This document shows, in pieces, positions 8,814 to 18,139 of a DNA stretch of 64,000 nt (its first letter is position 1; every line of letters begins with the position of its first letter). Source of the DNA: a bacterium. GTDB taxonomy: Bacteria; Patescibacteriota; Microgenomatia; Daviesbacterales; UBA10151. A model generated the notes under the pieces. It ran no database searches and was not told the DNA's origin. It saw only the letters and a list, made by a program, of their open reading frames with translations. The stretch spans positions 7,012-71,011 of the forward strand of contig JAJYNW010000006.1 of the NCBI GenBank assembly GCA_021786105.1, read 5' to 3'. The position numbers and the translations under genes were made by a program.

Positions 8814-9776
8814 ATGGTTTTGGGGTTGAATTGGATTGATCTGGTGGTTATTGGGGTGCTTATCCTTTTTGCTTTAGAGGCAGTGGGTAGACCGTTGGTT
8901 TTGGAAAGTCTGGATTTTATCAGCTTTCTTTTGTCTTTCTTTTTCTCCTTTCGGGCTTACAATTTCCCGGCTAAATTTTTTGAAACTCAGTTCCATATTC
9001 CCCACGGATTAAGTTTAGTTTTTGGTTTTATGCTGGTTTGGTTTTTATCTGAAGCTATTTTTTTTCTGCTGGTTAGAATATTCCTGCCAAAAATCCCTAA
9101 GATCAATATTCCCGGGATTAATACTTTATCAATCATTCCGGCACTGCTGCGGGGGCTGATATTTATTGCAATAGCTTTGGTTTTAGTGTCTACTTTTCCC
9201 ATCCAGCCCAATATAAAAAAGAGTGTTTTGGATTCAAAATTAGGCAGCCAAATTCTTAAAGTTTCCTATAACCTGGAAGCTCCGGTTAAACAAGTTTTCG
9301 GCGGTGCGGCTAATGATTCATTAACCTTTTTGACAATTAAACCGAAAACCGACGAGCGGGTGAATTTAGGTTTTCATACTGACCAATTCTCTATCGACGA
9401 GCAATCGGAAAATCTAATGATAGATTTAGTTAACCGGGAAAGAGTCAGCCGGGGGTTAAAAGCTTTGTCGCTTGACGGACGGTTAAGGGAAGTGGGGCGG
9501 GGCCACAGTGCCGACATGCTTAAAAGAGGTTATTTTTCTCATTATTCGCCGGAAGGTTTAACTGTTGCTGACCGGGTAACTAATGCCGGAATTGATTTTC
9601 TAATAGTAGGAGAGAATTTGGCTTATGCTCCTAATGTGGAGCTGGCTCATCAGGGGTTGATGAATTCAGAAGGGCACCGGGCCAATATTTTATCTGCTGA
9701 TTTTAGTAAGATTGGGATAGGTGTTATGGATGGAGGGGTATACGGAAGGATGTTTACCCAAGTATTTAGTAACTGA
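8814..9776 (+). CDS. CvpA-like membrane domain fused to a C-terminal CAP/SCP (PR-1-like) domain
   Basis: N-terminal multi-TM region resembles CvpA. C-terminus has CAP-domain motifs 'GHSADML', 'GENLAY', 'HRANIL..FSKIGIGV'. Confidence 0.55.
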   Translation: MVLGLNWIDLVVIGVLILFALEAVGRPLVLESLDFISFLLSFFFSFRAYNFPAKFFETQFHIPHGLSLVFGFMLVWFLSEAIFFLLVRIFLPKIPKINIPGINTLSIIPALLRGLIFIAIALVLVSTFPIQPNIKKSVLDSKLGSQILKVSYNLEAPVKQVFGGAANDSLTFLTIKPKTDERVNLGFHTDQFSIDEQSENLMIDLVNRERVSRGLKALSLDGRLREVGRGHSADMLKRGYFSHYSPEGLTVADRVTNAGIDFLIVGENLAYAPNVELAHQGLMNSEGHRANILSADFSKIGIGVMDGGVYGRMFTQVFSN

Positions 9777-10360
9777 TGTGGTCTAACAGCAAATTATTAG
9801 CTATTGCTAGTTTTTTAATCGTTATTACTGGTTTTAGCTTTTTGTGGTTTGGACTGAATCAAGCCCCGCCGGTACAACCGTCCCCACTGCCTATTCCTGT
9901 TGTCCAAAATTCTCCTGTTGCCAGCAGTTCAGCCCAGCTTGGAATTACCGGCGAACGAATTGTAGTTTCTCGGGTAGTAGATGGGGATACGATTGAGCTG
10001 GTAGACGGCAAGACTGTGCGTTTTGTGGGAATGGATACGCCGGAAACAGTTGATCCGCGCCGGCCGGTTGGCTGTTTTGGCAAGGAGGCTTCCAATGAAA
10101 CTAAGAGTTTATTATCCGGTAAAGAAGTGATTCTGCAAAAGGATGTATCAGAGACGGATAAGTATAAAAGGTTACTCCGTTATGTTTTTCTGCCTTTGGA
10201 AAACGGCCAGATTCTTTTTATGAATGATTATTTGGTGCGGGAAGGGTTTGCAAAAGTTAAAGCTTATCCTCCGGATACAAAATATAATGAACAATTCAAG
10301 CAGGCGGAAAAAGAGGCCAGGGAAAACAACAGAGGATTATGGGGAAAGTGCGGAAATTAG
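9776..10360 (+). CDS. Secreted thermonuclease (staphylococcal nuclease, SNase-fold) homolog
   Basis: 'VVDGDTIELVDGKTVRFVGMDTPET' is the classic SNase motif. N-terminal TM/signal present. Confidence 0.8.
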   Translation: MWSNSKLLAIASFLIVITGFSFLWFGLNQAPPVQPSPLPIPVVQNSPVASSSAQLGITGERIVVSRVVDGDTIELVDGKTVRFVGMDTPETVDPRRPVGCFGKEASNETKSLLSGKEVILQKDVSETDKYKRLLRYVFLPLENGQILFMNDYLVREGFAKVKAYPPDTKYNEQFKQAEKEARENNRGLWGKCGN

Positions 10361-10403
10361 CTTGCGGTTTCGCTTTTTAACCTTGTGATACACTATTATT
10401 AAC

Positions 10404-10889
10404 ATGAAAAAATTTATTATTCAGACTGTGCTTTTAATTTTAGTTATTGCAATCGCTTTTTTTGTATATCGGGCCAATCCTAGTGTTTCCAATTTGCCTT
10501 TTGTGCCGGCGGCGACAGTTTTTAGGGAAGTGCAGATTAATAACGCAAAATTAAAGGTGGAGGTGGCAGATACGGCCGAAAAAAGGAGCCAGGGTTTGGG
10601 AGGAAGACAAAGTTTAGGCCAGGATGAGGGTATGCTGTTTGTCTTTCCATCTCCTGGTACACATGCATTTTGGATGAAGGGCTTAACTTTCCCCTTGGAC
10701 TTTATTTGGATCAGAGGAGGTAAGGTGATTGATTTGACTCCAAATGTGCCGCCTCCTGCTTCCGGACAACCGGATTCAACTTTACCGATTTATCAACCGA
10801 AGCAGGATGTGGATAAAGTGTTGGAAGTAAATGGGGGAACGATTCAAAGATTAAATATTAAGGTGGGAGATATGATTAAAACTCAATAA
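10404..10889 (+). CDS. DUF192 (COG1430) family secreted protein
   Basis: 'KRSQGLGGRQSLGQDEGMLFVFPSPGTHAFWMKGLTFPLDFIWI' matches the DUF192 pattern. Confidence 0.65.
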   Translation: MKKFIIQTVLLILVIAIAFFVYRANPSVSNLPFVPAATVFREVQINNAKLKVEVADTAEKRSQGLGGRQSLGQDEGMLFVFPSPGTHAFWMKGLTFPLDFIWIRGGKVIDLTPNVPPPASGQPDSTLPIYQPKQDVDKVLEVNGGTIQRLNIKVGDMIKTQ

Positions 10890-12424
10890 TGATTGAAATT
10901 CTGCCTATCAGATTACTAACTCCGGAGGATGCCCGGATATTCGGCAGCCTCAACGTGGCTTTGGCAAAGCTGTCAAGGTTCGGACTTGCTGTCGGAAACG
11001 GAATAGTAATTACCCCTCCGCAATTTAAGCTAAGAGTGGTTTTGGAGCATTTTGACTTTGGGACAAAAGAGGTTTTTGAGCAAACCCTGACTCTTGTCAA
11101 AAAAGAAATAAATTCGATTCCACTGCCAGAGGTTTTAATCAAAGAAACCGGTAAACAGCAACAATTTTTATTAAATGGAGAAAGGATTAAGTCGGTTAAG
11201 GGTTTATGGTTGGTTTTGCTGCATGTTTGGTTTGAGCAGATTAAAGGCCGGCTTTGGGACAGCGGTTTTTATCAAAGTATTACAGAAGATTTAGATCCGC
11301 AGGCGGTAATTTTTGTTAAAAAACTGGAAAGTTTAGGGTTTGCTCACTTTGATCCTTTGCAGGATGATGTGGAGATTTCAGTCAATCATGGGAAATTACA
11401 CCCAAACGACCAAAAGAAAATATTTGATATGGTTCAGCTGGCCAATAAAAAATTGTTTATTCCTCACCGGTATGAATGGATTTTAGACGGAGGCGTAAAG
11501 TTGGTGGGTGTAAAGCCTTATGCTTTTCCCGCTATCATTCCTGATTCTTTTTCTGTCATTGCGAGGAGCGGAGCAACGAAGCAATCTTCAACGGAGCGGG
11601 AGGATTGCCACGCTATCGCTCGCGATGACAAAAAAATTTCTGCTGTTAAAGTTTTTTTTGAATTATCTAAGGGATTTGCCGCTCAAGAAAATATTGACGG
11701 AATATACCTGGATTCGGGAAAAATCTTTGATTTAAACAAACCCCGGGAATCATTTGAGGAGTTGGTTTTGAAACTGGTGGGGTCTGCCAATGATTTCCCC
11801 GGTTCCCCCATACTTTTTAAACTGGCTGACAAATCAGAAGGCATGGGTAAAGTGCGCGGAACTTTACGGTTGCTTCACCAAAGCAGTCTGTTTGAACCGC
11901 TGACGGAGGCTTTAGATTTTGTCCGTCACAAAAAGGGATTTACCAATATCCATATAGTTATTCCTTTTGTCAGAGGAGTGAATGAGTTGTTGCAAATCAA
12001 AAGGGAGCTGGCGGTTAAGAAATTGGCCCGGAAAAATTCTTTGGGACTTTGGATGGAGGTAAGTACACCGGAAAATATCGTGAATCTGGAGGATTATTTA
12101 TTGGCCGGGATTGACGGGGTAGTTTTAAACTTGGATGAACTAATTTCTTACCTGAATGGTTTTAATTCAGCGGAAGGGGAATTGGCTTTTTATAAACAAG
12201 AGGTGGAAGGGTTATTAAAGTTTTTGGAAGACGGGATCAGGTTGCTGCATAAATCAAAAATCCCTTTTATAGCTTATGGCAGTTTAGCCCTTTATCCAAA
12301 AGTGTTGGAATTTTTGGTGGAAAAAGGAGTTTGGGGGATTGTGGTGGAAAGGTATGATGCCCACTCGGCCAAGGATTTATTAAATCAAACCGAAAGAAGA
12401 ATAGTTTTAAGAAAAACGGAATAA
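10889..12424 (+). CDS. PEP-utilising-enzyme-like protein (pyruvate-phosphate-dikinase / PEP-synthase-related TIM-barrel domain); assignment tentative
   Basis: C-terminal region 'IVIPFVRGVNELLQIKRELAV..LGLWMEVSTPENIVNLEDYLLAGIDGVVLNLDELISYL' resembles the PEP-utilising TIM-barrel domain. No clear phospho-His motif was found. Confidence 0.4.
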   Translation: MIEILPIRLLTPEDARIFGSLNVALAKLSRFGLAVGNGIVITPPQFKLRVVLEHFDFGTKEVFEQTLTLVKKEINSIPLPEVLIKETGKQQQFLLNGERIKSVKGLWLVLLHVWFEQIKGRLWDSGFYQSITEDLDPQAVIFVKKLESLGFAHFDPLQDDVEISVNHGKLHPNDQKKIFDMVQLANKKLFIPHRYEWILDGGVKLVGVKPYAFPAIIPDSFSVIARSGATKQSSTEREDCHAIARDDKKISAVKVFFELSKGFAAQENIDGIYLDSGKIFDLNKPRESFEELVLKLVGSANDFPGSPILFKLADKSEGMGKVRGTLRLLHQSSLFEPLTEALDFVRHKKGFTNIHIVIPFVRGVNELLQIKRELAVKKLARKNSLGLWMEVSTPENIVNLEDYLLAGIDGVVLNLDELISYLNGFNSAEGELAFYKQEVEGLLKFLEDGIRLLHKSKIPFIAYGSLALYPKVLEFLVEKGVWGIVVERYDAHSAKDLLNQTERRIVLRKTE

Positions 12425-13081
12425 TAAGATGTATTCCCCTTTGGGGTTTTTGAGGGTTTCCAGCCATTTTGATATTAATTTTGATTCTACGCTTTGGTGG
12501 ATTTTGGTTAACTCATGGGCTAAAACTATTTCAATATCCCCAAAAACTTGTCTTATATCCTCTAAAGTTCTTAACAATTTGTGGGGTGAAATAAAAAATA
12601 TATAAGTAGCTTTTAGATTCCCATTATGCTCGCGGTCGAGAATGTTTTGGAAAAGATTGATTCTGTGCCCTGGTTTTTCTGAGGGGTAGCCTAAGAATAT
12701 GAATTTATCTGGTGGCAAGCCAGATAGGGTGAGGGCTGTAATAACAGAAGAAGGGCCAGGTAAGGAATCAACCTGGATGTCTTGTTGTAAGCATTCCCTG
12801 ACTAATTTATAACCAGGATCAGAAATTAAGGGAGTGCCGGCATCAGAAACTAAGGCCAGATTTTCTTCTGCTTTTAGTCTGTCTATTATGGAAGGAAAAA
12901 CTTTCGCTTCATTGTAGTCGTTTAAAATGATTAAGGGTTTTTGGATATGATAGTGGTTTAATAACAGTGAAGTCCTTCTGGTGTCTTCACAAATTATTCC
13001 GTCAACTGACTCAAGGGTTTCCAAAGCCCTTAAAGTAATATCTTTTAAATTGCCAATCGGTGTTGGTACAATGAATAACAT
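12407..13081 (-). CDS. rsmI: 16S rRNA (cytidine1402-2'-O)-methyltransferase RsmI
   Basis: 'LFIVPTPIGNLKDITLRALETLESVDGIICEDTRRT' is the tetrapyrrole-methylase-fold RsmI signature. Start chosen at the Met preceding this motif. Confidence 0.85.
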   Translation of the reverse strand: MLFIVPTPIGNLKDITLRALETLESVDGIICEDTRRTSLLLNHYHIQKPLIILNDYNEAKVFPSIIDRLKAEENLALVSDAGTPLISDPGYKLVRECLQQDIQVDSLPGPSSVITALTLSGLPPDKFIFLGYPSEKPGHRINLFQNILDREHNGNLKATYIFFISPHKLLRTLEDIRQVFGDIEIVLAHELTKIHQSVESKLISKWLETLKNPKGEYILLFRFS

Positions 13082-13688
13082 GCTTGAAAGCATAGCAAAT
13101 TGGGTGATAAATGTCATCTCGACCATGGGTTATCCTGGCATTGTCCTAACTATGGCCATTGAGTCGGCTTTAATTCCTCTTCCTTCGGAAATCATTATGC
13201 CTTTTTCCGGTTTTTTAGCATCTGTCGGTAAATTTGATTTGAATCTGGTAGCTTTAATGGGAGCTATTGGTAATGTAACCGGATCCTTGGTGGCTTATGG
13301 TATTGGTTACTATGGCCATGAAAAATTAGTCAGGAGGTTTATCAGGAAATTTGGGAAATGGATTCTGGTTTCGGAAAAGGAACTGGATGAGACTGAGAAA
13401 TTACTCAATAAATATAATGGTTTAGTAGTTTTAGGGAGTAGGGTAATTCCGGGAGTCAGGACGGTAATTTCTTTGCCCTGTGGGTTTGCGAAGCTTCCTT
13501 TAGGCAGGTTTATTGCGTTAACATTTATTGGCTCATTGATTTGGTCATACCTATTGGCTTGGATTGGGTTTACTTTGGGCCAAAACTGGCAGGCCCTTGG
13601 TCCGTACTTTCATAAACTGGATGCAGTAATAGTGGTGTTAATTATTGGTGCAATCGGCTTCTATATTTACCACAAAATTAAGAAATAA
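13071..13688 (+). CDS. dedA: DedA-family membrane protein
   Basis: '..VLGSRVIPGVRTVISLPCGFAKLPLGRFIALTFIGSLIWSYLLAWIG' is the typical DedA/SNARE-associated core. Its start is divergent from rsmI and nearly overlaps it. Confidence 0.8.
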   Translation: MNNMLESIANWVINVISTMGYPGIVLTMAIESALIPLPSEIIMPFSGFLASVGKFDLNLVALMGAIGNVTGSLVAYGIGYYGHEKLVRRFIRKFGKWILVSEKELDETEKLLNKYNGLVVLGSRVIPGVRTVISLPCGFAKLPLGRFIALTFIGSLIWSYLLAWIGFTLGQNWQALGPYFHKLDAVIVVLIIGAIGFYIYHKIKK

Positions 13689-13782
13689 ATTTATCTTTTA
13701 GAATTCTTACTAACTTCTTACTTTATTGTTATTTTTTAGATATAGAGTGATGTTGATAATAAATATTGACAAGGAGGAAGAT

Positions 13783-13989
13783 ATGACTCAAACTAAAATT
13801 AAAGGACTTAAAATGGATAAAGCAAAGATAATGAAGGATTTATTTGGGGGTTTAAAAACTTCTGCAGAACCTTTTAAGCTAGAAGGAAATACGGTTAGTA
13901 AAGAAAAATTTAGAGAGTTAGCTGGAGAAGTAAAAGAAATATTGAAAGATGAAGAATGTGAACGGAGCTCCTCCTTATTCTCAGTTTGA
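13783..13989 (+). CDS. Small protein (68 aa) immediately upstream of the PIN-domain gene; possible cognate antitoxin
   Basis: AAGGAGG Shine-Dalgarno 6 nt before the ATG. Its stop abuts the PIN reading frame. No HTH was recognised, so the antitoxin call rests only on gene order. Confidence 0.4.
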   Translation: MTQTKIKGLKMDKAKIMKDLFGGLKTSAEPFKLEGNTVSKEKFRELAGEVKEILKDEECERSSSLFSV

Positions 13990-13990
13990 T

Positions 13991-14505
13991 TTTATTGAAC
14001 TGTATCATATTTTTTTAGATACCAATGTTTTTATTGATGCATCAAAAACCCGGATCCGTTCTTAGATCTTTTTGATTATTTAAAACAAAAAGATAATTTA
14101 ATACTTACTACTAGCAGCGTTGCGCTGGAGTTTTTAAGAGGCAGTAGATCTGTAAAAGAATTCGAGAAGAAGAAAAACTTCATGCTTAGTCTCATGAATT
14201 ACAGTATTTATACTATACCTAAAGATGCAGAAGATTGCGCTTTAGAGCTTGCATTAGTTTATCAGTTAGCTGGCGGTAATATTGATATTACAGATTTTTA
14301 TCTTGCTGCATTACTGAAGAATTTTAAATTAGGTAGAAAGATTTTAGTAATAAGCAAAGATCACAGAGCTTTCCCTACAAGTATTTATGATAGAAAAGAA
14401 ACTTTTATAGTAGAAAACGAAACCGACGTACAAGTCTTTGGATTTTATAGTTTTAATGAAAACAAATACCAAAAGGTTCTTGATAAGATAATTGTAGTGA
14501 AATGA
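13991..14505 (+). pseudogene. PIN-domain (VapC-like) toxin gene with no ATG start and a frameshift at an A5C3 homopolymer (~14041-14052)
   Basis: Frame 2 encodes '..IFLDTNVFIDASK', the PIN N-terminal Asp motif, then stops at 14063. Frame 1 (ORF 14182..14505 extended upstream) continues 'NPDPFLDLFDYLKQKDNLILTTSSVALEFL..DITDFYLAALL', giving the 2nd and 3rd acidic PIN residues. Confidence 0.6.
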
Positions 14506-14514
14506 TATTACAAA

Positions 14515-15132
14515 TTATTGAAACCTGCGGATCACACCGACGCATTTGCCCTGGATTTTGACATCAGTGGCATAAATGGGGGACATGGCGGCATTGGCTG
14601 GTTCTAATCTGATCCGGTCTTTTTCCTTGAAAAATCTTTTTAAGGTGGCTAAGCCATTATCCAAAAGCGCCACCACGATATCGCCATCCCGGGCAGTATT
14701 TTGTTCTTCAATGATGACATAATCACCGTCCAAAATCCCATCTTCAATCATAGAGTTGCCTTTAACCTGCAAAACATAAGAACGCTTTTTGCCGGAAATC
14801 ATATTGGGAGCAACTTTAACAGTGGCATCAGGATCAGTAAAAGGCAGAATTGGTGAACCGGCGGCAATAAAGCCCAGAACCGGCAGTTCAATCCCTTTCA
14901 AAGAAGAAGAGATTTTTTGGTCTAAAACTTCAATGCCCCGGACTGCCCCTTCAAATCTTTTAATCACGCCTTTTTGGGCTAAAGCCTGCAGGTGTTCGTG
15001 AACCGTAGCCAAGGAGGAAACGCCAATGGCTTCGGCAATTTCTCCTAAGGTAGGCGAGTAGCTGTATTTATCAATGTATTGCTTGATAAAATCCAGGATT
15101 TGCTTTTGGCGGCGGTAAAGGGTTATTGGCAT
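14515..15132 (-). CDS. lexA: LexA repressor (wHTH plus S24 peptidase)
   Basis: 'QKQILDFIKQYIDKYSYSPTLGEIAEAIGVSSLATVHEHL' is the DNA-binding domain. 'VKGNSMIEDGI' carries the catalytic Ser and a Lys follows downstream. The autocleavage region is present. Confidence 0.9.
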   Translation of the reverse strand: MPITLYRRQKQILDFIKQYIDKYSYSPTLGEIAEAIGVSSLATVHEHLQALAQKGVIKRFEGAVRGIEVLDQKISSSLKGIELPVLGFIAAGSPILPFTDPDATVKVAPNMISGKKRSYVLQVKGNSMIEDGILDGDYVIIEEQNTARDGDIVVALLDNGLATLKRFFKEKDRIRLEPANAAMSPIYATDVKIQGKCVGVIRRFQ

Positions 15133-15548
15133 ATAATCAAATTACCAAGAAAACCCGAAGGTGTCAATACTGCAGTTTAAGGTCTGTGCCCGATGATGAG
15201 GTTGCTAAGAAGCAAATTGTTGGTGTTTTTCTTGGAAACTTTGGAAATATCCAGTTTTGGCTCATCAATGGGAGCTGTCCAAAGGGTAAATAAGGCACCG
15301 AAGATTGAATCCTCAAAGATTTGTTTAATTTTAGGACTAAGTTTGACCCTGCTCATCTGCTCTTACTCAGTTGAAGGGTAGGTCCAAGAAATTTTAGGCA
15401 GATATATATTTAAATTTTGATCTCCTGGTTATTCTTGGTAATCTCTGGCAGGAAATCCTATCAGGTATTTTCCTACCCTCAAACCTGAGCTTGAACGTAT
15501 TCTAAACTTTGAAAATAAGAAGAAGAATAAAATAATGTAATAATTATG

Positions 15549-16820
15549 TCAGAACATATATTGGTGGTTGCGGGAGTGCAGCAGGGCAGGGATCATTTTT
15601 GAATCAAGGTGATTGATTTTATCAATCAGGCTAAAGTCTTTTGGATCGGAAAATGGGATCTGTATGCGTTCCCCGATATCTTTATTCCAGAATCTGAACC
15701 ATCTTTTTTCCGGCATGCCCAGGCTGGCAAATAAATGCGGGAAAAATTTATCTCCGATGATGTATATAACATCATCCCGGATTTCCTGAACTTGCGGGGA
15801 AAGTAAATTATGGTGACCGGAATCTAGAAGATGGAATTCTTCCTTCACGATCTCCCTTTGTATGCGATCAAGCTTTATTTCTCCCCTATCGTCAAGTTCC
15901 AGTATTAACCAGGCATTTTGCCGGGCGCTTTCAGTGGCTGTATAAAGGGTGCCAAAGCTTATAGGGTAATCTGCCATTTTCTGAAGCGCTTCCTCGGTTA
16001 CTTCTATATTCATATCTTGATCCAGCCATTGACCGATTTCTTTCGGTGTGGCATCCGGAGGTAACTTCGATCTTTTACTTAACCTGCGGGCTTCTGATTT
16101 GGCATCGGTCAGCAGCGCATAAACAGTGACATTCTTTGGATTCTCGGAACAAAGATGTTTTATGAGAGTGAAGCCCCGGTTGGATCCTAAGTAAGAATAA
16201 CCGTTTGATGTTCTTGAGGTAACATCTGAAACGCCGGAAGCGGTCATGGCGGGGAAATCAAGTGCCGTAATGCCAATATGGTTTCTGTCTATGGTCGGCA
16301 TCAGACTGCCTGGTTGCATTCCGTTTTTGGCTATTTCAACGGCCGGGAATCCAACATTGGTGATGATGTCAAAATCATCAGGAGACCACCTGCCCAGTTC
16401 TTTGGATTCTACCAGATTAGATCCTTCTGCTGTCCGGATCATATTGATAAAAAGCAGCCGGTAATAAACGAGCACTTGCCGAGAGTTTCTTGAACCGGGA
16501 TAGGGTACAATCCAGTCTTGATTATCGACTTCTTCCATAGATGGTTCCATAAGAGCGTAGATAAAATTGTTCATGAACTGATTTAAGGTATCGGTTTTTC
16601 CCCAGGCTGGGGCGCCGATAGAAACAACAAAGTTCATTTTTCCGCGGGGAGGTGTTTGGACCCGGTTAAAGAGATCCTGAAAGAGTTCGGTAAATTGCGG
16701 GTCAGATCTTCCTTCCTTATTAGTAAAAGGTTTCAAGTAGTTCAGGATTTCTGCTCCCGGAGACATATCCCATATAGCATACATGGCCGGTGTTTGCTCC
16801 GGGCGGAAGCCATAGTTCAT
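15549..16820 (-). CDS. P-loop NTPase or kinase-like protein of unknown function (Walker A 'GAPAWGKTD')
   Basis: 423-aa ORF with 'VVSIGAPAWGKTDTL'. Its 3' end overlaps by 4 nt the start of the upstream histidine kinase, so they are co-operonic. Confidence 0.5.
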   Translation of the reverse strand: MNYGFRPEQTPAMYAIWDMSPGAEILNYLKPFTNKEGRSDPQFTELFQDLFNRVQTPPRGKMNFVVSIGAPAWGKTDTLNQFMNNFIYALMEPSMEEVDNQDWIVPYPGSRNSRQVLVYYRLLFINMIRTAEGSNLVESKELGRWSPDDFDIITNVGFPAVEIAKNGMQPGSLMPTIDRNHIGITALDFPAMTASGVSDVTSRTSNGYSYLGSNRGFTLIKHLCSENPKNVTVYALLTDAKSEARRLSKRSKLPPDATPKEIGQWLDQDMNIEVTEEALQKMADYPISFGTLYTATESARQNAWLILELDDRGEIKLDRIQREIVKEEFHLLDSGHHNLLSPQVQEIRDDVIYIIGDKFFPHLFASLGMPEKRWFRFWNKDIGERIQIPFSDPKDFSLIDKINHLDSKMIPALLHSRNHQYMF

Positions 16821-17977
16821 ATTTTTGCTTTTGCTAATTGTACTTCTACCAAAGTTCCTTTGCCAGGATGTGATTTAATTTTAATTGAGCCTCGGTGTTT
16901 TTCAATAATACTTTTACACAAGAATAATCCCAGCCCCATTCCTTTAGAGGTGTCGTCCTCCTTTTTGTAGTAGCCTTCAAAGACCTTTGGTAAATCTTTT
17001 TTGCTAATTCCTTTACCCTGATCAATAACCCGCAAAACATAATTATGAGGTTTGGAGTCCAGGCGGATGGTGATCTGGGTATCCGGTGAGGAAAATTTAG
17101 CCGCATTCTCCAAAAGATTGTTAAGAACTTGTAATAGTTTGTCAAAATCCCCAATAATTTTATCATTTGGATTGTTAAGGAGATCTTCAAATATAATTTT
17201 TCTGTCCGGGTAGTTTAATTTAATTTTTTGAATTGCCATGTAGATAATTTCTTTCAAAGAACATTCCCTAAAAACGTACTGCAGTTCTCCTGACTTAATA
17301 CGCTCGATTTCCAAAAGTTCTTTAATTAAAAGAGTCAGATGATAACTTTCCGCATGCAGAAATTTAATCCATTTTGCTTCTGTGTTATTTCTTCCACTGC
17401 TTTTGGTATTTAGAAGCTGAGTGTAGCCAAAAATAGTGGCTACAGGGGTACGTAGCTCGTGTGCTGCCAAAGAAATAAACAAATCTCTGTTTTTCAAAGC
17501 TTTCCTTGTCTCATCATAAAGCTGCGTCTTTCTGATTGCCATAGAGGCCATGGAGGCAAACAGGCTTAAGATTTTTAGCTTATCATTATTAAAATGCTTC
17601 TCTTTACATGATAATACAGTTAAGACTCCAATAGACTTCTTGTGGTATGACAAAGGAATAATCATGGTAGATTTCATCCCTGCAGCTTCTAGCTGGGGAT
17701 GAATTTTAACCATCTTTTCTATTTTAGTGATTAAAGGTTTATGGCTTGTATAAGCTTGATATACAAAACCTTTTTTACGTTGTTTAAAAGAATATAAGAC
17801 AGCAGATGTAGCATATACTCTTTTAAGCTTTTTTCCTTGCTTTAAGAATATAGAAGCATCATCAGCCTGCACTAATTTTTTGGCCTCTTTGCCTACTATT
17901 GCATAAGTTTCCTCCGGGGTTAGCGGTTCCAGAAGCTTTAATCCTGATTTATAGATTTCCTCAAGAATATTTTCCAT
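16817..17977 (-). CDS. Sensor histidine kinase with GAF-like, HisKA and HATPase_c domains; paralog of 26..1201
   Basis: H-box 'AAHELRTPVATIFGYTQLL'; 'LLENAAKFSSPD'; 'DQGKGISKKDL'. Start chosen at 'MENILEEIYKSGL', which is homologous to 'MDNTLEAIYQSGL' of the other copy. Confidence 0.85.
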   Translation of the reverse strand: MENILEEIYKSGLKLLEPLTPEETYAIVGKEAKKLVQADDASIFLKQGKKLKRVYATSAVLYSFKQRKKGFVYQAYTSHKPLITKIEKMVKIHPQLEAAGMKSTMIIPLSYHKKSIGVLTVLSCKEKHFNNDKLKILSLFASMASMAIRKTQLYDETRKALKNRDLFISLAAHELRTPVATIFGYTQLLNTKSSGRNNTEAKWIKFLHAESYHLTLLIKELLEIERIKSGELQYVFRECSLKEIIYMAIQKIKLNYPDRKIIFEDLLNNPNDKIIGDFDKLLQVLNNLLENAAKFSSPDTQITIRLDSKPHNYVLRVIDQGKGISKKDLPKVFEGYYKKEDDTSKGMGLGLFLCKSIIEKHRGSIKIKSHPGKGTLVEVQLAKAKI

Positions 17978-18139
17978 GGAGTGCTCGCTGAAGGAATAAT
18001 AATAACAGGTCTTGAGGTTATTGCAATACAAAAACCTAATCTTCTTACATATTTCTTACTGAATTCTTATAGGATTTTGTAGTATCTCTCTTTATTGTTG
18101 TTTCATAAGGAACCTAGCCCAAGTGGTTAGGTTTTTATT

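Noticed and set aside
13071-13081. Apparent overlap of divergent rsmI and dedA start codons
   Set aside because: Start codons cannot be fixed from sequence alone. The ORF-track starts (13126 and 12981) are clearly upstream of the conserved N-termini, so the overlap is probably an annotation artefact.
15193-15381. 62-aa plus-strand ORF upstream of lexA
   Set aside because: No RBS, and it lies in the lexA promoter region on the opposite strand. Likely non-coding.
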